Shown: one piece after another, positions 8,253 to 16,400 of the stretch | Layout: each line of letters starts with the position of its first letter | How positions within the stretch are numbered: position 1 is the stretch's first letter | NCBI GenBank assembly: GCA_041659405.1 | Contig: JBAZYK010000002.1 | Span: forward strand, 1-32,000 | Reading direction: 5' to 3' | Length of the DNA: 32,000 nucleotides | Source of the DNA: Candidatus Altimarinota bacterium | GTDB taxonomy: Bacteria; Patescibacteriota; Gracilibacteria; UBA1369 | Program-made: the position numbers and the translations under genes | The notes under the pieces: model-generated | Database searches by the model: none | What the model was told of the DNA's origin: nothing | The model's input: the letters and a program-made list of their open reading frames with translations, nothing else

Positions 8253-9281
8253 TTACAAATGTCTTTTTTTACGACGAACAGTTTCCACCACAAAAGACAG
8301 CCAGTATTTTGGTGAAATAACATAATCCTTGGCATGAACATAGGCGTGCTCAGTACCGCCAAAACCGCGCTTAAACAAGGACAAACCGGCCCAAGGATGC
8401 TTTGAATTATCTTCGGGCGAAACGCCCCAGAAATCATAAAGTTTAAAACCACGCTTTTTCGCTTCCAAAATAATATGCCATTGCAGTAGGTAGGGAGCGG
8501 TTATTTTTGAATATTTGTGAGTTGAAGCTCCATGATGATAAAAAGCCGATCCATTGTAGAAAACAATTAAAGCCGTTGCGACCAGCTCGTTGTTATATTT
8601 TGCGAAGAAAAATAGTGCTTCATTGTTTTTCCCAAAGACCTCCATTTCGGTCTTTAAATAAGTCTTGGAAAACGGCGTAAAGTTTTGACGATCAACAGTG
8701 GTTTGATAAACTTCCCAAAATTTTTCGACATCATCCGGATTATCACTGGTAAAAACTTCAACACCATCTTTTTGCGCCTTACGGATGCAATAACGTGTTG
8801 TTTTACGCATATTCATCATCAAATTATCCTCCGGGGCGGAAACATCAAGAATCCACGCCAACTCGGGATGCTGCATATGAATAGGCGCCTGCCTAAAACC
8901 ATTCTTCAAAAAAAGCTCTTCGTTTTCTGAATTATTTTCCAGCAAAGGACTGAAGCGAATAAAAGCACATCGCTCTTCACCTGCGGCAATTTTAAGGTGA
9001 TCAAGCAGAACCTTTAAAGCTTCATTTTTATCTATACTATCAACAAAAACCGGGCCATGAGGACAAAACAAAAAGGCACCGCGACGTGCGGCAATCTTTA
9101 AAACAAGAACAACTCCAACCAGATTTTCCTGATCATATAGCCCAAAACGGAAGATCTTCGTGCCCATTTTTTCATTAAACTCGCCCCAAGACCAGGAATG
9201 CAAAAAAGTTTGCGGTTTGGCTTTTAAAATAAAGTTTTCCCATTCAGGCCTTGATTCAATTGTTTGGATTCGAAGTGACAT
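8253..9281 (-). CDS. FemAB-family peptidyltransferase (aminoacyl-tRNA-dependent peptidoglycan interpeptide-bridge formation type)
   Basis: 342 aa. FLHSWSWGEF near the N-terminus, then RKTTRYCIRKAQKDGVEV and AFYHHGAS...APYLLQWHIILEAKKRGFKLYDFWG, typical of the FemAB/MurM (PF02388-like) GNAT-tandem fold. Confidence 0.8.
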   Translation of the reverse strand: MSLRIQTIESRPEWENFILKAKPQTFLHSWSWGEFNEKMGTKIFRFGLYDQENLVGVVLVLKIAARRGAFLFCPHGPVFVDSIDKNEALKVLLDHLKIAAGEERCAFIRFSPLLENNSENEELFLKNGFRQAPIHMQHPELAWILDVSAPEDNLMMNMRKTTRYCIRKAQKDGVEVFTSDNPDDVEKFWEVYQTTVDRQNFTPFSKTYLKTEMEVFGKNNEALFFFAKYNNELVATALIVFYNGSAFYHHGASTHKYSKITAPYLLQWHIILEAKKRGFKLYDFWGVSPEDNSKHPWAGLSLFKRGFGGTEHAYVHAKDYVISPKYWLSFVVETVRRKKRHL

Positions 9282-10512
9282 AATTTTTTACAAATGAAAT
9301 AATCTTTTCCGCCTCATTTTTTGTGATCTGAATATTAGTTGGAAGATTAAAAGTTTCTCTGGCCAGTTTTTCCGCAACAGGACAGGTTGATGGAGTATAC
9401 TGCATCTTTTCATAATCAACACCTTCCGGGGCCAGAGAGGTTGTATACCAGTCACCAAGGAAGATTTTGTGCTTTGCCGCAGACTTTAAAATTTTATGCG
9501 CATGCAACATGTGGATTGTATACCGAAGATAAATCGAACGCGAATTATTTAGTTCCTTTTGGGCTTGTAGATGAGAAAGATCACTTTTATAAATTCCAGC
9601 TATTTCTTGACGATGCTGATTGAATTTATCCAACTTTCTAAATTGTTTTAAAGCTAATACCGCCAACGCATTGGGAAATTGCTTGAAAATAAATGGAGGC
9701 TTAAGCCCTTTACGCTCCTCTCTATAAACCGCTTTAGATAAAATTCCAAAACGCAAAGCTAAATGTTGAACAATCTTACCAATATAAATATTAAAAGTAA
9801 GCTTCACAAAAGCCATTATAACCGGATGAAGAAGCTGATGGAAAATCCACCCGGAAGAGGGAAGTGGACATATGCCCCAAAAGGCCTCAATTTTGGCTGC
9901 AATTTGCGGATTTTTAACAGACACAACTCCTCCAAAAACAGCTGAAATAACTTTATCACGACCAAAACTAAAAAAACTCGCGTCGCCAAAAGTTCCAACA
10001 AGTTTATCTTCATAAGTACTCCCAAGAGCATGCGCGCAATCTTCAATCACAAAGAGATTATGTTTTTTGGCAATTTCCAAAAGTTTACCAAGATCAGCCG
10101 GATAGCCAAAAGTATGTTGGATAATCAAAACTTTACTTTTAGCAGTAATTTTCTTTTCCAAATCAACAACGGACATATTGAAAGTTTCCTCATCACAATC
10201 CACATAAACAGGCTTTGCTCCGACCCATAAAATCGGCTCCGGGACTGCAATACATGTATATGCCTGCAACAAAACTTCATCATCATTTTTAAGATCAAGA
10301 ACGTTTAAAATCGCATATAAAGAAGTCCGACCACTCTCAAAAAAGAAAACATGTTTTGACGATAACCAATCTTGAAATTCCTTTTTCAACAAAGATAAGT
10401 GAGCGCCATTTTTCCATCGCCAAGGCCTAAACAATAATTTAAAAGCCAATAAAACGTCATCACGTTCAGTATTAGGGGAAAGAGCTGTGAAAATAGGCTT
10501 ACTCATGAACAT
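9256..10512 (-). CDS. DegT/DnrJ/EryC1/StrS-family PLP-dependent (sugar) aminotransferase
   Basis: FESGRTSLYAILNVL, IIQHTFGYPAD, EDCAHALGSTYEDKLVGTFGDASFFSFGRDKVIS (putative PLP-lysine in GRDK). An alternative start ATG at 10506 is possible. Confidence 0.85.
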   Translation of the reverse strand: MFMSKPIFTALSPNTERDDVLLAFKLLFRPWRWKNGAHLSLLKKEFQDWLSSKHVFFFESGRTSLYAILNVLDLKNDDEVLLQAYTCIAVPEPILWVGAKPVYVDCDEETFNMSVVDLEKKITAKSKVLIIQHTFGYPADLGKLLEIAKKHNLFVIEDCAHALGSTYEDKLVGTFGDASFFSFGRDKVISAVFGGVVSVKNPQIAAKIEAFWGICPLPSSGWIFHQLLHPVIMAFVKLTFNIYIGKIVQHLALRFGILSKAVYREERKGLKPPFIFKQFPNALAVLALKQFRKLDKFNQHRQEIAGIYKSDLSHLQAQKELNNSRSIYLRYTIHMLHAHKILKSAAKHKIFLGDWYTTSLAPEGVDYEKMQYTPSTCPVAEKLARETFNLPTNIQITKNEAEKIISFVKNYVTSNPNN

Positions 10513-11491
10513 TTTCAGTTAAACATTGAATCTCCATTTGAATCTCCTTACTTGCTGCCGCCGGCACAATTATTGGATTTTGCAAAATAGGAGCACGTAT
10601 TTTAAGATCATCTACAATTAAAGGCATATCACAGCCATAAGAAAAGATAACTCTATCACTCCCGACATAACCAAAACGACCAGATTTCTTTGTTTTTCCA
10701 AGACCAAAAAGCTGCTCCATTGATGGATCAACCGGAACCCACACACCATTTGGTAACATAAATTCAGCCCAAGCGTGCATGGAATTATTCTTGTATCCAG
10801 CCAAAAACCCGGAAACAACCCGTGCCGGAATTCCACAAGCTTGACATAAAGAAACAAATAGAGCGTCAAACCCACCACAATCAACCTGGCGTGTTTTTAG
10901 CGCTTGCTTATAGGAATAAAGATCAAGAATCGGATTCTTATATTCCAAAAAAGAAATCACAAATTCGTTAATTTTTTGAGCAATTTTAAAAACATCAGTT
11001 GTATTTTTCTTTATGTCCAAGGCAAAACTCTTAATTGCGGCATCCTCACCGGAAACAAAATTATTTGGTGAAGTATAGAGGCTATAAAGATCCGGATCGC
11101 ATTTTAAATAATCTTTTAATGTAAAATGGTGTTTTTTAATAGAAGGCGAGGCAGGGGAGACCTCTATCGTAAATTCTTCCTCAAACTTTTTCACTTCATG
11201 ATTCCCCAAATCGATTTGCCAAAATGTATATTTATTTTCATATAAAGAATCCTGAAAAATCCCACCGGAAATTGGATTTGTTTTAATTTCCGATTTCAAT
11301 TTTTGAGATTCGCAGTTACTTGGAATTGGCAAAATTAAATAAAAATTTTTCGCTAAAGAAGAGTTATTAGTTAAAGTAACAGAATACTTAAATCGATAAA
11401 CCTGTTGATGGGTGTAAAAAAGGAAAAGACGATTGTTTTCCAAAAAATAGATTAAAGGTCGACTGATTTTCCTAAGAAGTGAATTTTTCAT
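10499..11491 (-). CDS. Transglutaminase-like (papain-fold Cys-His-Asp) domain protein
   Basis: Core motifs QVDCGGFDALFVSLCQACGIPARVVSGF (Cys), MHAWAEF (His) and WVPVDPS (Asp). Confidence 0.8.
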   Translation of the reverse strand: MKNSLLRKISRPLIYFLENNRLFLFYTHQQVYRFKYSVTLTNNSSLAKNFYLILPIPSNCESQKLKSEIKTNPISGGIFQDSLYENKYTFWQIDLGNHEVKKFEEEFTIEVSPASPSIKKHHFTLKDYLKCDPDLYSLYTSPNNFVSGEDAAIKSFALDIKKNTTDVFKIAQKINEFVISFLEYKNPILDLYSYKQALKTRQVDCGGFDALFVSLCQACGIPARVVSGFLAGYKNNSMHAWAEFMLPNGVWVPVDPSMEQLFGLGKTKKSGRFGYVGSDRVIFSYGCDMPLIVDDLKIRAPILQNPIIVPAAASKEIQMEIQCLTENVHE

Positions 11492-11514
11492 TCATTTAGA
11501 CAAAAAGCCCTCGA

Positions 11515-11523
11515 ATTATAACA
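11515..11523 (-). promoter_or_regulatory. Candidate extended -10 promoter (TGTTATAAT) for the transglutaminase-like/DegT/FemAB operon
   Basis: The minus strand reads TGTTATAAT, matching TGnTATAAT, 23 nt upstream of the ATG at 11491. No clear -35. Confidence 0.4.
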
Positions 11524-11648
11524 TGCCAAGGGTATAAAAACACCCAAAAGGAACCAAAGACGCTATAAACGAAGATTCTAACCTAATGGCTAATCATAGG
11601 CAAAAATAGAACCAAGTGAGTATAACTTTTGTGCTCACCACCTGTTTA

Positions 11649-11672
11649 TTTGCACAAGATATATTGTGCAAA
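11649..11672. repeat. Perfect 9-bp inverted repeat TTTGCACAA-N6-TTGTGCAAA (operator or weak terminator candidate)
   Basis: TTTGCACAA (11649-11657), GATATA spacer, TTGTGCAAA (11664-11672). A third TTGTGC half-site lies about 20 bp upstream. Located between the stop of the 524-aa gene and the promoter of the downstream operon. No flanking T tract. Confidence 0.35.
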
Positions 11673-11726
11673 ATAGAAGATAGGTCAGAAAGAGTGAAAA
11701 TTTACCACTTCCCTACCAAGTAAATA

Positions 11727-13301
11727 CTACAAAGTTGTATCACGATATCCAATCTGTTTTAAAAATTCAGTAAAGTTAACACTGCTCAAATGATTTGGAT
11801 CAAAAGGTAAAGTTTCATCTTTAAGTGCTGTTTGAATCTTGCCAACCGTACCTTCTGATGACAATACAATCAAAGCCTTCGCTACCCTACTCCCAAAATC
11901 ATCAGTTGCAGGGCCATAAAACGTCGGATTCACATCAGGATTAACCAATATGTTCATAAATTTTTCAAACAAATGAATCTCTTTTTCAGTCAACGCAGCA
12001 TGATCTATAGAACGTCCAAAAAGCTTTGTAGAAAGATCAGCTAGTTGTGCATCATTCAACTCTTTATTATAAGCCTGATGAAATTGTGGCATCCTTCTAA
12101 GCAAAACGTCAGTAGCCAATGCATCCAAACGAATACAATTACCGGCAAGCCGTAAACTTCTTGGAGGAACAGTAACTTTTCCATGATCGGAATTTGAATC
12201 ATAAAAAGTATAACGAGCATTCTGATCAGAAAAACCTGAAGCTCCAATAGTATCAATCGACATCTCAACACGGACTTCCCCTGGCAAAACCAGTGTATAG
12301 TGACCATTTTCAGGATCATAAGATTCAACTCTTTTCGCCCCAAAACGCGCAGCCGCACCAGCAGAAGAAACTATTGGTTGATGAGATGGATCAATATTTT
12401 GAACCTCTAAATTTAAAGGAAAACCCTGATTTTCATTAGCGGCTGATTGATTTTCTTTATCAGCTTTAGCTTGCTCTTCTTCAAGCATCTGTTCCCATTC
12501 TTCATCACTAATCCCCTGCCCTTTTGCGTCTTCAATCTTATTCAACATTGCATGATAAGAAGAGAAATATCGCTGAGCTTCAAATGCTTGCGTTTGCAAA
12601 CTTTTCACCACATCCTCAAAAAGAACTTTAACATTACCTTCAGGCAAATTATCAAGACCACAAGTGGCCTTAAAATTTTGATACAATGCTAGCTTGGAAG
12701 CCTCATCCAACTGATCATAATGCAAAAGCTTTCCCGAAACTTTAGGATCACGAACATAATCCAAAACTCTTTTTGTTAAATCTTTTGGAGCTGAAGGATT
12801 TTCTTCCTGGAATTTTTGGACGTAAACTGCAAGTACGTTATCCAACAAATCACTTAAAAAAGTATAACCCTCTTTTAGAAAAACAGTATGGCTCTGTTCT
12901 TTGGAATATTCCTTTTGTTCAACTGTAAACTTATTTCTGGTCTTGCGATAAAACTGTTGAAAATGCTTAGGATCATCAATAAAACCACTAAGCATTCCAC
13001 GACACAACGCAGCTTTTTCCTTAACGGAAGGATGAGTAGATAACGTCAAAAATCCGGGATCAAAACCTATATTATCTGCAGCCTGAAGAACATAGAAAGT
13101 GTTAACTTTATCCTTCATCTCCTCTGCTGCAAGTTCCGCTCTCTGCCTTGAGCGCTCATCTATAAAAGCTGAACGCTCATCCATAAATTTAGGATCCTTC
13201 AGCTGCTTACTCAATGATTGTGGGACAGTACGAAGCTGCCCCAACCCTTCTTTGGAAAGTTTAGGCGATTCAAACGCTGGTTTTTCAATACTATCCGCCA
13301 T
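11727..13301 (-). CDS. Hypothetical protein, 524 aa, soluble, no recognisable domain
   Basis: Long uninterrupted ORF with ordinary codon and amino-acid composition. No TM segments or signal peptide by eye. Acidic coiled-coil-like centre (EEWEQMLEEEQAKADKENQ). Two TATAAT boxes on the minus strand (13325-13330 and 13333-13338) upstream of the ATG. Confidence 0.7.
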   Translation of the reverse strand: MADSIEKPAFESPKLSKEGLGQLRTVPQSLSKQLKDPKFMDERSAFIDERSRQRAELAAEEMKDKVNTFYVLQAADNIGFDPGFLTLSTHPSVKEKAALCRGMLSGFIDDPKHFQQFYRKTRNKFTVEQKEYSKEQSHTVFLKEGYTFLSDLLDNVLAVYVQKFQEENPSAPKDLTKRVLDYVRDPKVSGKLLHYDQLDEASKLALYQNFKATCGLDNLPEGNVKVLFEDVVKSLQTQAFEAQRYFSSYHAMLNKIEDAKGQGISDEEWEQMLEEEQAKADKENQSAANENQGFPLNLEVQNIDPSHQPIVSSAGAAARFGAKRVESYDPENGHYTLVLPGEVRVEMSIDTIGASGFSDQNARYTFYDSNSDHGKVTVPPRSLRLAGNCIRLDALATDVLLRRMPQFHQAYNKELNDAQLADLSTKLFGRSIDHAALTEKEIHLFEKFMNILVNPDVNPTFYGPATDDFGSRVAKALIVLSSEGTVGKIQTALKDETLPFDPNHLSSVNFTEFLKQIGYRDTTL

Positions 13302-13414
13302 TTTTATTTACAATTTTACAAAATATTATACAATTATACTCTTTTCTGGTGAAAACTTCAAACTGATTAGCTTAGGGGAAAGCGGACAAAGGTCTTTCTA
13401 AAAAGCCATTTTTT

Positions 13415-13423
13415 TGCTATAAT
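13415..13423 (+). promoter_or_regulatory. Candidate extended -10 promoter (TGCTATAAT) for the 1303-aa gene
   Basis: Perfect TGnTATAAT at 13415-13423, 26 nt upstream of ATG 13450, inside the 148-bp divergent spacer. Confidence 0.4.
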
Positions 13424-13449
13424 TAGGGGAATTTATTAATACCAACTCT

Positions 13450-16400
13450 ATGGGAGGCGACGCAAACAAGCCAAAAGGAAAAATCGAAAATGCAGAAAGG
13501 GCCAAGGATCAAAGAGAAATCACCCCCTCAGACGCAAGTAAGCAGGAACGAGCTTCCGTGGCGATTGATGTTACAAAGGGGAAATCTGAAAAAGAGATTG
13601 CTGCTAGGCTTGAAGAACACAAAGAAAAGGGCTCAGAAACATTAAGTACAATCAAATCAATAAATGTCTCAAAAGAGACAAAAGAGCAGTTGGAAGCAAT
13701 TAAACTACTTAAAGTTATAAGTTACGTTGTTTTTACTAAACTTTTTAATAAAGGGCTTAAATTCAAAGACGTAAAAGAATTATCATCCCTAACAAATGTT
13801 TCTACAAATTTAACAACAGAACTGGATAGCAATGAAAAAACAGCTTTTGAAAAATTAAAAGAAATTGCCGAAAACTCTAATTCAATCCTTTTTAAGGAAT
13901 TCACGCAAACAACGGAAAATACATTTAATTGGAGTTCATTTATTGAAGATGCACACGCACAATTCCAAGCCGTTGCATTTAAACCATCAATGCATGCACC
14001 GGAAACTGTGCCTTTAAAACCAACTGAAGAAAGTAAAAGTCCAGAAAAAGCCTTCCACGAAAGGGCCTTTGATTGGATCAAGGAAAACCCAGGTAAAACA
14101 GCACTCATAACCGCAGGAGTATTCATTGCCGGTTATGGCCTTTATGAATATTTCTCATCAGATGAGAATAAAGATGAAAAAAAAGAAGGAAGTAATATGA
14201 ATAAATATTTATTGGGAGGAGGTTTAGCATTATCAGGATTGGTTTTGGGAGGAATTTTAGGAAAAGATAAAGTTTTGGATTGGTTTAAGGAACATGAATG
14301 GATTTCAGATGAAAAGAAAGAAAAATTCCTGGCCTATTGGAACGCAGGAGAAAGGCTAAAAGCAATCGAAACATTATTTGAAAGTCCGGATCCAAACTGG
14401 GAAAAAGAAAAACAAATTGCCGAAAAAATTTCAAAAGAAACAGGTAAAAAAGTATCCGCACTTACTCTTAGTTCGATAGCAAATCTAAAATATGATGATT
14501 TTAGAGGAATGTCCGATGAAGTAAAAAAACTGGCAAGCTCATTACTGAAAACGGGTGGATTGAGTTTTCTTTCCAAATTGGTTGAAGAAAGCCCTATTGT
14601 AGTGCAAGAAGCAAAAGTCATAAAAGATTATTTAGCAAAAAAACAGGATAAAATTAAAGCATTGAACCTACCTGAAAACGTCACTGTACTAGAGGTATTG
14701 GGCAAATTGACTGAAATTCATGTCGAAGTTATCCCACAACCAGAAGAGGAAAAAAGCGTGATTGGAAAGGCGGGAAAAGCAGCAGGAATTGTCTTCGTAG
14801 AAGGAAAAGAGAAAGTTAGTGGGTTTTTCCAGGAAAGCTATGACGCAATCAAAAAAGAATTTGATGATATCCCTGAAATACAAGAAATTTTAAAAAAATA
14901 CGATAATGGAGAAGCCACTCTCCACCCTTATAATTTCATTACAGAACTTTTTAACGCCTGTACTAAAAATAAAGTGGATATTGTTTTAGGTATGGGAAAA
15001 GTTGCACTTTACCGTGGCGGAAAATTTATTTTCATTTCAAGTTACGAAACTTTATATAACACCGCAGTAGCTTTTGTAAAATCGCCAGGCATAAGTGCCC
15101 CAGTTCAAGAATATCTGATAGGTGCAACTCCATTTATTGCAGTTGGTAGTGCTATTGGAGGAATTATCAATTCGGTCCAAGGACATAGTTTTGTTGCCGG
15201 TGCCTTTAGGGGAGCCGCAAAAGGAGCGATTTTTCCTGTCACAATCGCAACTGAAACTGGAAAATTTATAACAAGAGGACCACAAAGAATTTATCGAACA
15301 GCGAAAGGAATGGAATATTCTGTAAAAGAAACATTTAGTTCCGAAGCAGGGAAACTGGCAATAATTGAAGAGGAAGCCAGATTCTATGCTAAAATTGCTA
15401 ACGGCTATGACGATTTAATCGTAAACAAAGATGGATTATCTATCATCAATCCAAAACGCTGGTATGCAAAATTAAGCAAAGCCCGACTTGAAGAGCTTCG
15501 CTTCGAATACATGAAAAAGTTTGCTATTGCCTACAACAAATTAAACAAAGGACCAGCACTAAGTATTGAAAAACTTAACGATACGGCAGAAATAAAAGAT
15601 GCCAGACAGAAGATATATGATCTTTTAAAAGATGCAGAAGCTAAGGATAAATTGAAGTCAACAGCGGCAAAAACAACTCCGGTTTTACCCCCAGAAGAAC
15701 CAAAACATCTTGGCTCAGAAGGCCCTAGTGGTCCTGATCAAAAGCATAAATATAAATATTTCAATGAAGAGGTTGAGCTACAACAAAAAAATATCGAAGC
15801 AAAAGCTGGCGAAATCGCAAAAACTGAAACACCTCCGACAGATCCTGCAGAACTGCAGAAATGGAATGATACAAACTGGAATAAAGCCATCAAAGCGCTT
15901 TGTGAAGAAAAGCTGCTTACTCCAACGCCAGTTCAAGGCAAAAAAGATGTTTATCGCTTTCAAAATAAAGAAATTACAATTCCAAAATCCGAAATTGAGG
16001 CAAAGATGAAGACTTCCGGAATATCCGAAATAGAGGCAACTAAAGCGCTTTGTTATGAAAAAGCTTTAGCTCACGTCACAGTCCAGGAAGTTAAAATTGT
16101 TAACGGCGAATATCAATACAAAATTAATGGAGAATGGGTCACACCAGATGATCCTAAAAATCCGGTTAAAGCCGCTGAAATTAAAGAAAAGTGGATGAAC
16201 GAAATGCAAAAGAAAGGTGTGAATTTTGATTTTCAGAAATTTGCCGGTGAAGCAAAATACTTCAAATATTTCTCTGCATTCGAAAAAGTTCTAGGTACCG
16301 CAGCTGCAGTTGGAATATTTTATCACCTCTACAGTGCACCAGATAAGAAAAAAGCCGTAGCGGAAACAACCGCAGGCCTAGCCACATTTATCACTGGAGC

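Noticed and set aside
9256-9258. Alternative genetic code (UGA read as Gly or Trp, as in some candidate phyla)
   Set aside because: TGA terminates the DegT-like gene (9256-9258). It also terminates the methyltransferase (19757-19759) exactly where homology ends, there in a classic ATGA stop/start overlap. All conserved genes are uninterrupted under the standard code.
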